DNA of 64,000 nucleotides from Rhodospirillaceae bacterium (GTDB lineage: Bacteria; Pseudomonadota; Alphaproteobacteria; MPNO01; UBA2964). The stretch is taken from contig PBIN01000014.1 in the NCBI GenBank assembly GCA_002720855.1, positions 777,619 through 841,618 on the forward strand, given 5' to 3'. The position numbers and the translations under genes are program-made. Below, piece after piece: positions 17,799 through 28,095 of the stretch. How positions within the stretch are numbered: position 1 is the first letter of the stretch; each line of letters opens with the position of its first letter. The notes under the pieces are model-generated. The model made no database searches and had not been told where the DNA came from. It was given only the letters and a program-made list of their open reading frames with translations.

Positions 17799-19163
17799 AT
17801 GGAAGTCGCTCTTCTATTTGGCCTTGTAATCGGATTGATGGCAATCGGCGTCCCGGTTGCTGTTTCACTCGGTCTGTCGAGCATCTTGTTCTTATTGATG
17901 TTCTCCGATGGTTCTCTCGCTTCCATTGCGCAGACATTATTTTCCGCTTTTGACGGACATTACACTTTGCTGGCCATTCCGTTTTTCATACTCGCCTCGA
18001 GTTTCATGTCGACGGGTGGCGTCGCCCGCCGAATTATTCGTTTTGCAATTGCAGTGGTCGGCCATTTGAAAGGTGGCCTCGCAATTGCATCGGTTTTTGC
18101 CTGTATGATGTTCGCTGCCTTGTCAGGTTCGTCACCGGCTACCGTTGTTGCGATTGGGTCGATTGTCATCGCCGGCATGCGCGAAGTAGGATATACGCGG
18201 GAATTTGCCGCCGGTGTCATTTGTAACGCAGGTACATTGGGCATTTTAATTCCACCCTCTATCGTCATGGTGGTCTATGCCGCGGCGACAGATGTTTCCG
18301 TTGGACGAATGTTCTTGGCTGGCGTAATTCCAGGAATCATCGCCGGTCTCATGCTGATGATCGGGATATACGTTGCCGCTCGATATAGAGGATTGCCCTC
18401 GCAACCTTGGGCAGGGTGGGGCGAACTTTGGCAATCTTCCCGGGACGCTTTTTGGGGACTCTTGTTAATTTTTATCATTCTGGGCGGAATATACGGTGGT
18501 GTGTTTACGCCAACCGAAGCTGCCGCGGTTGCTGCCGTTTATGCGTTCCTTATCGCAAATTTCGTGTATTGCGATATGGGGCCCTTTGCGCAGGCTGGTA
18601 AAGTCGGATTGGCGATTATCAATCGTACTGTTTCCGCACTTTGGCACCCTGATACAAGAAAGACCCTGTTTGAGGCCGGTAAATTGACAATCATGCTGAT
18701 GTTTATCATTGCTAATGCATTGATTCTAAAGCATGTATTGACCGAAGAGCGTATACCTCAGGTCATTGCCGAAACCATGCTAGCGGCAGGGTTCGGGCCT
18801 ATTGTCTTTCTTATAGTTGTTAACGTGATACTGCTCATAGGGGGGCAGTTCATGGAGCCGTCCGGGCTGCTTATTATCGTCGCACCTCTTGTATTTCCGA
18901 TCGCCATAGAGCTGGGGATCGATCCCATCCATCTCGGCATCATCATGGTTGTAAACATGGAGATCGGCATGATAACGCCCCCGGTCGGTCTCAACTTGTT
19001 TGTGACGGCCGGTGTGGCCGAAATGTCGGTTCTCGATGTTGTCAAAGCCGCGCTTCCGTGGGTTAGCATTATGTTTGTCTTTTTAATTCTCGTTACTTAC
19101 GTACCCTGGATTTCGACAGTGTTGCCAACCGCTTTGATGGGGCCAGAAATCATCACCAAATAA
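17799..19163 (+). CDS. dctM: TRAP transporter large permease DctM
   Basis: 454-aa polytopic membrane protein of the DctM family (GGVARRIIRFA..., ...PPVGLNLFV...). Confidence 0.9.
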   Translation: MEVALLFGLVIGLMAIGVPVAVSLGLSSILFLLMFSDGSLASIAQTLFSAFDGHYTLLAIPFFILASSFMSTGGVARRIIRFAIAVVGHLKGGLAIASVFACMMFAALSGSSPATVVAIGSIVIAGMREVGYTREFAAGVICNAGTLGILIPPSIVMVVYAAATDVSVGRMFLAGVIPGIIAGLMLMIGIYVAARYRGLPSQPWAGWGELWQSSRDAFWGLLLIFIILGGIYGGVFTPTEAAAVAAVYAFLIANFVYCDMGPFAQAGKVGLAIINRTVSALWHPDTRKTLFEAGKLTIMLMFIIANALILKHVLTEERIPQVIAETMLAAGFGPIVFLIVVNVILLIGGQFMEPSGLLIIVAPLVFPIAIELGIDPIHLGIIMVVNMEIGMITPPVGLNLFVTAGVAEMSVLDVVKAALPWVSIMFVFLILVTYVPWISTVLPTALMGPEIITK

Positions 19164-19171
19164 AGATTTGG

Positions 19172-19198
19172 CCGCGCTCCGGTGCGGAAATTTTGTTT
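19172..19198 (+). terminator. Probable intrinsic terminator after dctM
   Basis: 6-bp stem with one G-U pair: CCGCGC-tccg-GTGCGG, followed by AAATTTTGTTT. Confidence 0.45.
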
Positions 19199-19253
19199 AC
19201 TTTCAGGTGTAACTGGCGCATTAAGTTGCACGAATTTTATTAGGGTCGTCATC

Positions 19254-19820
19254 ATGCGAATTTTTATTCGGACAGTTTTCGTTTTGGCAATCTTCTCCAT
19301 GATTTTGCCTTCTGCTTTATTGCCGACGGCCACTTTTGCGCAGCGTGTGCCGACACAGCCGGCAGCAGAAAACACCGGTAACAACTCCCCTCGTGTTGGC
19401 GAACGGATCGGCGACTGGATTTTTCAATGTCAGGCATTGTCGGCCAGCGACACGCGCTGTGTAATTTTTCAACAACTGGTCAACCAGAAAACGAGGCAAC
19501 CCGTCTTGAGGGCAACGCTTGCACCGCTTGGCGCGCCCAAAAAAATTGGGCTCATCGTTGTTGCGCCACTCGGCATATTTCTTGGAACAGGGATAGCTGG
19601 CAAAATTGATGAAGGAGAGCAGTTCAATTTTGTCCTACAAAGATGTACTCAACGCGGTTGCGTGGCAGCAACGGAAGTTTCTGACAGTATGAAAGCCGCG
19701 CTCGTCAAAGGAAATAGATTGGTTGTCGGGTTTAAACCGACAGCAAATGGCAAGCCGGTTCAATTGGGTGTTTCTCTCAAGGGTGTTGCTGCCGGACTAA
19801 AGGCTCTGAAAGTAAATTAG
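19254..19820 (+). CDS. Invasion-associated locus B (IalB) family periplasmic protein
   Basis: Signal peptide, then W..C..A and C-x-x-x-G-C motifs (DWIFQCQAL...LQRCTQRGCVA) typical of alphaproteobacterial IalB. ATG at 19254. The track ORF starts at 19182. Confidence 0.6.
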   Translation: MRIFIRTVFVLAIFSMILPSALLPTATFAQRVPTQPAAENTGNNSPRVGERIGDWIFQCQALSASDTRCVIFQQLVNQKTRQPVLRATLAPLGAPKKIGLIVVAPLGIFLGTGIAGKIDEGEQFNFVLQRCTQRGCVAATEVSDSMKAALVKGNRLVVGFKPTANGKPVQLGVSLKGVAAGLKALKVN

Positions 19821-19942
19821 GGTCCGTGACGATAATTTTCTGTGGAAAAGTGCCGCAGAAACGTTTTTTTTACGCTAATTCTTCACTAGAAATTTAGAGC
19901 TACAGACCATCCTACGCCGCAAAACAAATAACGGTGTAGGTC

Positions 19943-20428
19943 ATGAAATCACTTTTTCCATTGGGTGCTATTTTTGTTTTCCTCGCATTTTCTCCAGTAG
20001 CTGGTAATGCTGCGGAAGAAACGGAAGAACAGCTAAAGGCCCGGCAAAAAGCTGAAGCGGAAGCCAATCGTGTGCATGCGCTTTCGGTTTTTAGCTATGT
20101 TAATCCGGTTCGTGGCAGAATCCATTCACGGAGACGGCCAATCCTGATTACCTTGAATGTTAAAGGGATCAAGGCACTTAGCAAATTCTGTCATCAAAAA
20201 CCCCTAATAGGCGAAACAATTTTAAAGGTCATCGGCTGGGGACCCGCACCAGACCTCAGCAACAAGAAAATTCTCGCAGAGAAACAGAGAGACCTTCGCG
20301 AGGCTTTTGATGCCGTATTACCCGAGAATTCTTTAAAGACTGTTTCGTTGAAGGTAGGGAGAATGGCTTCCGAATTTGGCGACGACTTAAAACTTACGGC
20401 CAAGGCCTGCAGTGTCGGCAAAGGATAA
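19943..20428 (+). CDS. Hypothetical exported protein
   Basis: 161-aa ORF with an N-terminal signal peptide. No family is recognised. Confidence 0.4.
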   Translation: MKSLFPLGAIFVFLAFSPVAGNAAEETEEQLKARQKAEAEANRVHALSVFSYVNPVRGRIHSRRRPILITLNVKGIKALSKFCHQKPLIGETILKVIGWGPAPDLSNKKILAEKQRDLREAFDAVLPENSLKTVSLKVGRMASEFGDDLKLTAKACSVGKG

Positions 20429-20434
20429 CGCCGG

Positions 20435-21810
20435 CTAAAGCTTAATGACTGCCATCTTGTCTTGTGTCATGTCGTGCATCGTGTAGCCGATGCCTCCCGT
20501 TCCATAGCCTGATTGTCGCCTGCCCGCGAAGGGCATCCAGTCGACTCTGAAGGCTGTGTGATCGTTTATCATTACGGCTGTGGCGTCCAAAGAGCGTATT
20601 AATTTCGTTGCCGTGTCCAATCGTTGTGTAAACCCGGCGGCTTGGAATGCGAAGGGCAAGGAATTTGCTCGTTCAATCGCTTCATCCAGCCCATCGTATC
20701 CATAAACCGCGACAACCGGTCCAAAGATTTCTGCAGTGGAAAGTTTAGTCTCCAAACCCGGATTAAGGATGACTGTCGGCGCGTAGGCTGTGTTACCGAT
20801 GGTTTCACCGCCACACAGAACGTTCCCACCGCTTTCACGCGCCTCGTTAACCCATTCTGAAACGCGGCTAACTTCACCGGGACGAATTAAAGGGCCAACC
20901 TCGGTTTTTTCTTCTATAGCATTTCCAACAGTCAGCTCGCCGACCTGATTGGCGATTTGGTTGGCAATCTCATCCGCCATTGGTCCAGGAACAAAAACGC
21001 GTTGCACAGATACGCAGACCTGTCCCGCATGATAAAATCCACCCTTCACAAGGAGGGGGATCATTGCGTCAATATCCGCGCTTTCATCGACGATGACCGG
21101 CGCGGCACCGCCATGTTCAAGGGCAGCACGGGTTCCCGGCGCGAGTTTAGATCTAAGCATCCATCCAACTCGGGCTGACCCGATAAAACTGAAAAAGGCC
21201 ACGCGCGGATCAGTAACCAGACGCTCAGCGGTTGCAACGTCGCAAGGAAAGAACTGGCACCATTCCGGAGGTAATCCAGATTCATGCAATATATTGACGA
21301 ACGTTTGCGCAGATAGCGGTGTATCATCCGCCGGTTTGACGATTACGGGACACCCCGTTGCGACGGCAGGGGCGACCTGATGCACGATAAGGTTCAATGG
21401 GTGATTAAATGCGGATACCGCGACGACGGGCCCAATTGGCTCTTTGCTGGTAAAGGCCATGCGACCTGCGCCAGCTGCCGTAAGGTCCATCGGCATTTCC
21501 GTGCCCACAATATGGCTCAGCTCCTTTGCTGCCAGTTGACTCCGTCTATCGCACGATCAACTTCAATGCGTGCGTCAATCAGTGGTTTGCCGCCTTCGTT
21601 TGCAATTTGGAAAGCGAGTTCTTCAAACCGGTCACGCATGCTGTTCGCGGTTTTATGGAGAATTTCAATGCGTCGATATGCAGGGAGCCAACTGGATCGG
21701 TCGCGATGTAGTTTGTCAGCCTTTGTCAGCCAGCGATCGGCTTCTTCCCAGATGCCAAATGGCAACTCGCCGATAGTTTCCAGTGAAAACGGATTGCAGA
21801 CGGTCAACAT
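20435..21810 (-). pseudogene. Aldehyde dehydrogenase family gene, split by a 1-nt frameshift near 21510-21520
   Basis: The N-terminal 97-aa ORF (21517..21810) ends ...AIDGVNWQQRS*. The C-terminal 357-aa ORF (20435..21508) continues the ALDH sequence (GTEMPMDL...FNHPLN...catalytic-Cys region QVCVSVQRVFV) in the -1 frame. One extra G in the run at about 21520-21522 would restore ...VNWAAKELSHIVGTE... Confidence 0.7.
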
Positions 21811-21912
21811 GGCAATACCCTTCGCAATTGAGCGTTATATCGCGCCCATCGCCTCAGAATATGGTGACGAAATCTGAACGAAAGATAACTTTTCCGCGAG
21901 AATACGAAAAAA

Positions 21913-23466
21913 TTAGTCCTCGAATCCGTACTCTTTCCAACGCGCGTTGACCTTATCCATGTCTTCCTTATGCGGAATGACCATAGCTGGATAACGATCA
22001 CCGTTATATTGCTCTTCCGGCTCGAAATCGAGATTGACAGTGGCGTCAATCAAAACACGGCACCATTTGCCGGTTCCGAACAACATCGGATCGCGATCTT
22101 TGAGCCTGGTTGACGGATCGAGCAAGGAGCCCCATGAACCCGGGAAGAAGACGATATCGTCTTCAGCGGCATTTACGCGATAGGCGAACGCCCAATCGAC
22201 GGCACCGTAATCATGAATGTCGATATCCTGATCAACCACCCAAATGTGCTTGTAGCGCAAATGCGATGAATTTGATCCCCAGATCGCCGCGGCGGCCTGT
22301 TTTGCTTGCCCGCGATATGTTTGATTGAGCTGGATAAACAACGTCGTTCCGTTGTTGGCCGGTGAGCAATGAACATCGGTCACGCCAGGAACGCCGGCTC
22401 GTTCAAGCACATTCCAGGCAACGCCGGCCCGCTGAACAGAACTCATGATACTGTTTTCGTTCAGCATCTTGGGTAAGGTGCCTTCCAGCGTGCCACGGAA
22501 AATCGGCTGATCACGATGGGTAATGGCCGTGACTTTTGTCACGTGCTTGGGTCCCTGGTCTCCACCAAAATATCCAGTGTATTCACCGAAGGGTCCTTCC
22601 ATCTCGAAGGTTTCGGGATCGGGGTCGATAAAGCCTTCGACCACGAGTTCCGCACTTGCAGGGACCATGATGTCGCTGGTTTCACATTTCACGAGTTCGA
22701 CGGGCTTGCCACGAATGGCGCCCATCACATCATATTCCGATACGCCTGTTGGAACTGGTGCGGAAGCGCAGAATGGCATACAGGGTTCCCAGCCATAAAC
22801 ATGCGCCACCGGCATTTTCATACCGCGGTCGGCCCATTTCTGGAAATGCACACCCCAATTTTGCGCGCGCCATAGAAGCACGGGAAGAGTGTCTTTTTGA
22901 CCTATCATACCGCGGTAAATGCCGAGATTATGGACACCCGTATCTGGGTCCATCGTGATTGTTGCCTGGAATGTATTTATATAACGGCCGCCGTCTTCGC
23001 GGTGCCATTTGGGAACCGGAAAATCATACAGATTGATTTCATCGCCCGTAACGATATTTTCTTTTACCGGACCAGTATCAACTTCCACAGGAGGAACACG
23101 CTGACCGATATAATATCGTGTCGCCTGGACCATATCCGTTACTGACGCGTCTTTTGGTAACCCGAGCGTCATAGCGATGCGCGAGAAGTTGGACATACCG
23201 CCAGTGAAGAGTTGGCTGCAACGGGCATCGTCTCCGTTGTAACCGCCTATGTTCTTAAACAGGAGGGCAGGGCCATCTCCGGTGCCAAATGCCTTACGGG
23301 CGACTGTTCCGAGCTCGCAATCCCAATCGACCTCTGCTTCGATTTCCTGAAGCTCACCTTCTTTGCGAAGCGCATCAATCCATTCCCGCAAATCACCATA
23401 GGCTTTCGGTTGTAGACGGTTTGAGACACCGCCAAAGGCATCAATTTCGTTGTCTTTTTCTGCCAT
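21913..23466 (-). CDS. UbiD-family (prFMN-dependent) decarboxylase paralog 1
   Basis: 517 aa, collinear with UbiD/Fdc-family proteins and with the adjacent paralog (roughly half identical). Shared motifs include INQTYRGQAKQ. Confidence 0.8.
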   Translation of the reverse strand: MAEKDNEIDAFGGVSNRLQPKAYGDLREWIDALRKEGELQEIEAEVDWDCELGTVARKAFGTGDGPALLFKNIGGYNGDDARCSQLFTGGMSNFSRIAMTLGLPKDASVTDMVQATRYYIGQRVPPVEVDTGPVKENIVTGDEINLYDFPVPKWHREDGGRYINTFQATITMDPDTGVHNLGIYRGMIGQKDTLPVLLWRAQNWGVHFQKWADRGMKMPVAHVYGWEPCMPFCASAPVPTGVSEYDVMGAIRGKPVELVKCETSDIMVPASAELVVEGFIDPDPETFEMEGPFGEYTGYFGGDQGPKHVTKVTAITHRDQPIFRGTLEGTLPKMLNENSIMSSVQRAGVAWNVLERAGVPGVTDVHCSPANNGTTLFIQLNQTYRGQAKQAAAAIWGSNSSHLRYKHIWVVDQDIDIHDYGAVDWAFAYRVNAAEDDIVFFPGSWGSLLDPSTRLKDRDPMLFGTGKWCRVLIDATVNLDFEPEEQYNGDRYPAMVIPHKEDMDKVNARWKEYGFED

Positions 23467-23485
23467 TCTTCTTCTTTCTCACTTT

Positions 23486-23503
23486 CCATACGCTAGCGTA
23501 TGG
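23486..23503. repeat. 18-bp perfect palindrome CCATACGCTAGCGTATGG in the 83-nt spacer between the two UbiD paralogs
   Basis: Read directly from the sequence. The plus-strand copy is followed by TTTTCTT. Confidence 0.6.
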
Positions 23504-23549
23504 TTTTCTTAATTTGACCGTTAAATTTCGTCAAGCGCATGACTCGTAT

Positions 23550-25100
23550 TCATACTGATTTAAGGGGTGGCCCCCACTTGTCCATTCCAAGTTGCGCCCA
23601 TCGATTTCGAATTCCCTCCGCATCTTCTTTTTCCGGGTGAATGGTAGGTGGATATCTCCGCCCCTGAGAATCGGGTTCGTAGTCGAGGTTGATCGTGCAG
23701 TCATATAATACCCGGTGCCACTTTCCGGTACCAAACAAATGAACGTTTGAATCCCGTGCTCTGACACTTGGGTCCAAACCAGCGCCCCAATTTTCAGGAT
23801 AAACAACCAAATCGCCTTCGCCAGCGTTGAAACGCCACGCCAAAGCCCAGTCAATTGCATCGTAATCATGCACATCAATATCAGCATCAACTACCGTAAC
23901 GTGCTTGTACCGAACGTGGGATGCCGAATTGCCCCACAGAGCAAGAGCGACCTGCTTGGCTTGACCGCGATAAGTCTGATTGATCGAAACCACCGTGTTT
24001 ACACATGCCTGGATTGGCATACCAAACACGTCAACGATTCCAGGAACGCCAGCAGATTCAAGCGCATTCCAGGCAGTGGCCGATCGTTGAATCGAGCTCA
24101 TAATCGGATTCTCGCCGTAACTTCCCGGTATTGCACCCTCGACGCAACCGCGCAGGATCGGTTTTTCCCGATGCGTAATACAGGTGATCTGGGCGACATG
24201 TTTGGGTGACCTGTCAGGTGCGTAATACCCCGTGAACTCTGCGTAGGGGCCTTCTACTTCGAATGTAGAGGGATCAGTTGAAATCCATCCTTCGATAACC
24301 ATCTCGGCATTAGCCGGAACCTGGAGCGGCACAGTCTCACAATCAACAAGATCAACCGGTTTCCCACGAATTGAACCCATAATGTCATACTCAGAGACAG
24401 CTCGTGGGATCGGCGCGCCACCGGTAAAGCCCATCGATGGTTCCCATCCGATCACGAAAGCGACCGGCATCTTGTCGCCGCGTTCCATATGTTTGGCGTA
24501 ATGTGTTCCCCAGCCTTGGGCACGCCACAAAAGAACACCGATGCGATCCTTATCGAGTACCATGCCACGATATATGCCGATATTGTGTACGTCGGTGTCC
24601 GGATCTTTGGTCACACAACCCGCATAGGTCAGGATATAGCGTCCGCCGTCACCGCGATTCCATTTGGGGACGGGGAATTTTAACAGATCGATATCGTCGC
24701 CCTTCAAAATGTGTTCTTTGACAGCACCTGTTTTGACCGTATTTGGCGTCACCTGATTGTTGAATATCGTTCGGCACACCTGGACAAGGTCGCGTACCGG
24801 TGTATCGCGCGGCATTCCAAACATCATGGCGAGCCGTGAATAGCTGCCTTGGCCGCCCGTGAATACCTGCGAGGAAACGGCATCCGAGCTGTTATAATCT
24901 TTGATATTATTAAACAGGAAAGCAGGGCCGTGGCCGGTTCCCTGACCCATCCGAATTATGTTGCCGAGTTCGACGTCCCAATCCACTTCGGCATCAATTT
25001 CCGCAAGTTCACCCTCTTTGCGCAGGGCGTCTAACCACCCGCGTAAATCGCCAAACGCGACAGGATTGCGCTCTACGCTGGATTCCGCTGGGTCAGTCAT
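23550..25100 (-). CDS. UbiD-family (prFMN-dependent) decarboxylase paralog 2
   Basis: 516 aa, collinear with paralog 1 and with UbiD. The N-terminus LRGWLDALRKEGEL resembles the UbiD N-terminus. Confidence 0.8.
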   Translation of the reverse strand: MTDPAESSVERNPVAFGDLRGWLDALRKEGELAEIDAEVDWDVELGNIIRMGQGTGHGPAFLFNNIKDYNSSDAVSSQVFTGGQGSYSRLAMMFGMPRDTPVRDLVQVCRTIFNNQVTPNTVKTGAVKEHILKGDDIDLLKFPVPKWNRGDGGRYILTYAGCVTKDPDTDVHNIGIYRGMVLDKDRIGVLLWRAQGWGTHYAKHMERGDKMPVAFVIGWEPSMGFTGGAPIPRAVSEYDIMGSIRGKPVDLVDCETVPLQVPANAEMVIEGWISTDPSTFEVEGPYAEFTGYYAPDRSPKHVAQITCITHREKPILRGCVEGAIPGSYGENPIMSSIQRSATAWNALESAGVPGIVDVFGMPIQACVNTVVSINQTYRGQAKQVALALWGNSASHVRYKHVTVVDADIDVHDYDAIDWALAWRFNAGEGDLVVYPENWGAGLDPSVRARDSNVHLFGTGKWHRVLYDCTINLDYEPDSQGRRYPPTIHPEKEDAEGIRNRWAQLGMDKWGPPLKSV

Positions 25101-25257
25101 TATGGCTACTTTCGTTTGATACTTAATTTGTCATACGGCAGGCGCGGGTACTGATAGAACATCATCCGCATAACGTCCAGCCGGGCTTTCTTGAAGTATT
25201 CGGCGCGAAGGGTTAGCTTGCAGAACAGATTGAAGCAAGACATCGGAGCAAACGGAA

Positions 25258-26082
25258 ATGCCTAAACATCTCACCCAGGATCAGGTGGATGCCTACCATC
25301 GCGATGGTTTTGTTGGTCCTATCGATTTGCTGGAGATAGAGGAAGCTGCGCAACTACGCGCCAAGATCGAAGAGGTCGAGGCGAAGATGGGCTCGCAAAT
25401 TCAAAAGCGCTGTAAAATCAAGGCACATTTGCCCTTTACCTTTCTTTGCGACGTGATTTCCCATCCGAAATTGTTGGATGCCGTGGAAGATATAATTGGG
25501 CCAAACATTTTATGCTGGGGGTCGAGTTTCTTTCAAAAAGAAGCGCATGACCCCGGATTCGTTTCCTGGCATCAGGACTCCACCTATTACGGACTTGAAC
25601 CGCCCGATACATTGACAGCCTGGCTGGCCATTTCTGAGAGTAATCTTGAAAGCGGTTGTATGGAATTTATTCCGGGCACTCATAATAGAGGGCTGATTCA
25701 CCACGAAGAATATAAGTCTGATGAAAACCTTCTCTCGCGAGGTCAAACGATTGACGGAGTAGATGAGACAAAAGCACTGCCAATGATCCTTAAGGCGGGA
25801 CAGTTCTCGTTCCACAAAGAAGATTGCGTGCACGGCTCTGCGCCAAATAAGTCCGATGACCGGCGCATTGGCCTCTCCATCCACTATGTTCCACCATCCA
25901 TTCGCGAGACCGGATTCCCCGGTGCGTCGGCTATGGTCTTACGCGGCGAAGATACCGAAGGTCATTGGGCTGTCGATATGACACCGAAACAGGATTGGGA
26001 CCCCGAATGTCTGGCCGAGTTGGACCGTGTCGCGACCATGTATACAACCGTCGCGCCGAAAGACCGGGTGTCGGCGACTTAA
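25258..26082 (+). CDS. Phytanoyl-CoA dioxygenase (PhyH) family Fe(II)/2-oxoglutarate oxygenase
   Basis: Contains WHQD and a downstream His in H-x-D...H geometry (VSWHQDSTYY ... HGSAPN). 274 aa. Confidence 0.7.
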   Translation: MPKHLTQDQVDAYHRDGFVGPIDLLEIEEAAQLRAKIEEVEAKMGSQIQKRCKIKAHLPFTFLCDVISHPKLLDAVEDIIGPNILCWGSSFFQKEAHDPGFVSWHQDSTYYGLEPPDTLTAWLAISESNLESGCMEFIPGTHNRGLIHHEEYKSDENLLSRGQTIDGVDETKALPMILKAGQFSFHKEDCVHGSAPNKSDDRRIGLSIHYVPPSIRETGFPGASAMVLRGEDTEGHWAVDMTPKQDWDPECLAELDRVATMYTTVAPKDRVSAT

Positions 26083-26087
26083 TCGCT

Positions 26088-26897
26088 GTGCCGATACCGG
26101 CGCTTCAATCCGTTCAGATTGATGGTAGCACCCTTTCCTGGCGCGAGGCGGGCGAGGGCGATGCGCTTGTAATGCTCCATGGCATTGGCGGGAGCTCAGA
26201 AAGTTGGGAAGCGCAGCTGAACGAATTAAGCAAAGTCTATCGCGTCATTGCGTGGGATATGCCGGGGTATGGCGAGTCTGATGGTTTCGAAAACCCCGCG
26301 CCTACCGTCGACCACTATGTATTACGCCTCGCACAACTATTTGACCATTTGAAATTAGAACATGCACACATTCTGGGTCAGTCTATTGCGGCAGTCATTG
26401 CAGCGAGGTTTTGCAACGACTTCCCGGAAAAATCCGCCAGTTTTATTTTTGCTCACGGCTTAACAGGGCTAGGTGGCCTCGAACCGGCCGAACGCGAAAA
26501 AGCAAAACAGGGGCGTTTGGAAGTATTTGAAGCATTGGGTCCGAAACGCTTCGCGCGCGAAAAAGGGCCAGCCATTATGAGTCCAACTGTTGACGAAGCC
26601 GCACGAGAAAAAGCGGTAAGGATCATGGCGAAGGTCCAACCAGCTGGGTTTCGCCAGGCAGTTGAGATGTTGGCAGGTGCCAATATATTTGAAGACACAT
26701 CGAAAATTCAGCTCCCGTCATTGGTCCTATGCGGGGCAGATGACCCAATTTCTCCGGAAACAGTCTGCCGGTCAGTAGTGGCTGTCCTGACAAACGCACA
26801 ATTTTGCCTTATTCCTGATGTAGGTCATTATTCGGCTTCAGAAAATCCGGTATTGTTTAATAAAGCAGTTTCGGGTTTTCTGGCCGATGTAGCGTGA
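26088..26897 (+). CDS. Alpha/beta-hydrolase fold protein
   Basis: LVMLHGIGGSSESW ... GQSIAAVIA (nucleophile-elbow-like) ... PDVGHY. The start is probably the GTG at 26088, just after the PhyH stop. The track ORF extends back to 25965 in another frame relative to phyH. Confidence 0.65.
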   Translation: MPIPALQSVQIDGSTLSWREAGEGDALVMLHGIGGSSESWEAQLNELSKVYRVIAWDMPGYGESDGFENPAPTVDHYVLRLAQLFDHLKLEHAHILGQSIAAVIAARFCNDFPEKSASFIFAHGLTGLGGLEPAEREKAKQGRLEVFEALGPKRFAREKGPAIMSPTVDEAAREKAVRIMAKVQPAGFRQAVEMLAGANIFEDTSKIQLPSLVLCGADDPISPETVCRSVVAVLTNAQFCLIPDVGHYSASENPVLFNKAVSGFLADVA

Positions 26898-27002
26898 ATT
26901 CGTTTGGTTAAATTTAGTGTTATGTTTTATTTGACGTGGTGCTACAGGCGTGTAGATTCCGCGCATTACGCGAAAGAGGTTTCTTAATAGGGAGAGAAAA
27001 TA

Positions 27003-27965
27003 ATGAAGTTAGTACCTTTTGCAATTGGTGCCGTTGCGGCCGTGGGGCTTGCTGCCTCAGCATCGGCTCAAACGTTTGGCATCGGTTCAACAAAAGCCGG
27101 TGCGGTTTCGCAAATTACGGCGACAATTTCCAAAGCAGTTTCCGAGCACGCCAAGGGCGTTCAGATGCGGAAACAGACGATGGGTGGTACGCAGCAATAT
27201 ATTCCGGTGGTTAATGCCGGAGAGCTGGGTTTCGGCATTTCAAACATTTCGCAGTATCATATGGCTCAGCAGGGTATCGCTCTGTCGAAGGGCAACAAAT
27301 ATGACAATCTGCGTCTTATCACGACGATGATGAAATTTACTGTGAGCCCGGTTGTGCCGCTAAATTCCGGTATCACGAAAACGTCTCAGCTCAAGGGCAA
27401 GAGGACACCGACAGGCTTCAAGGGCGCTCCTTTGTTCGTTCATATTTTCGGTGGCTCGCTGGCAACCGCTGACTTGACATTCAAGGATATCAAATCAGTT
27501 CCGATGGTTGGGCTCGTGCAGCATTGGCGTGCGTTCATGGCCGGGAAGATCGATTGGGCCATTGCAGCAGCCGGTTCTGGCTTTGTGAAGCAGATGAATG
27601 CCAAAATTAAAGGTGGTATCCGTCACATTTCCTTCCCGAAGGGTTCGAAATCACTTGCCGCCATGCAGAAGTGGTTTCCCAAATCAGAATGGGAAGTTGT
27701 TCAGCCTTCCAAAGGTTTGACAGGCGTTATCGAGCCGACAAACTTTGTTAGCTACGACTTCTTGCTTTGGACTCACAAAGGGCTGTCCAACGATGTTGCC
27801 TATAAGGTTGCAAAGGTCATGCATGAGCAGGTCAAGCAGCTTAAAGAAGGCGGCCCGCTGTGGCGCTCTTACAAGGCCAATAAGCGCCTCGCCAAGGATC
27901 AGGGCTATGCCTATCATCCTGGTGCTGTGAAGTACTACAAAGAAGTAGGTCTTTGGTCCCGCTAA
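27003..27965 (+). CDS. TAXI-family TRAP transporter solute-binding protein
   Basis: Signal peptide, TAXI-type core, and the characteristic C-terminal AYHPGAVKYYKE. Confidence 0.8.
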   Translation: MKLVPFAIGAVAAVGLAASASAQTFGIGSTKAGAVSQITATISKAVSEHAKGVQMRKQTMGGTQQYIPVVNAGELGFGISNISQYHMAQQGIALSKGNKYDNLRLITTMMKFTVSPVVPLNSGITKTSQLKGKRTPTGFKGAPLFVHIFGGSLATADLTFKDIKSVPMVGLVQHWRAFMAGKIDWAIAAAGSGFVKQMNAKIKGGIRHISFPKGSKSLAAMQKWFPKSEWEVVQPSKGLTGVIEPTNFVSYDFLLWTHKGLSNDVAYKVAKVMHEQVKQLKEGGPLWRSYKANKRLAKDQGYAYHPGAVKYYKEVGLWSR

Positions 27966-27999
27966 AAGACCAGAGCATTTGCTAAATAACTAATATTTT

Positions 28000-28037
28000 G
28001 CCCGCGTCCAAAAAGAGGACGCGGGCATTTTATTTTT
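28000..28037 (+). terminator. Rho-independent terminator after the TAXI binding-protein gene
   Basis: GCCCGCGTCC-aaaaagag-GACGCGGGC, followed by ATTTTATTTTT. Confidence 0.8.
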
Positions 28038-28095
28038 GAAAAACTAACCTATAATTTCCCCACAACAACCTAGGTAATTTAGCGGAGGTTTCGAC

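Noticed and set aside
22516-25034. Several 60-120-aa plus-strand ORFs (for example 22516..22875, 23868..24209, 24437..24721)
   Set aside because: All are antisense to the two long, well-supported UbiD-family genes and are frame artefacts.
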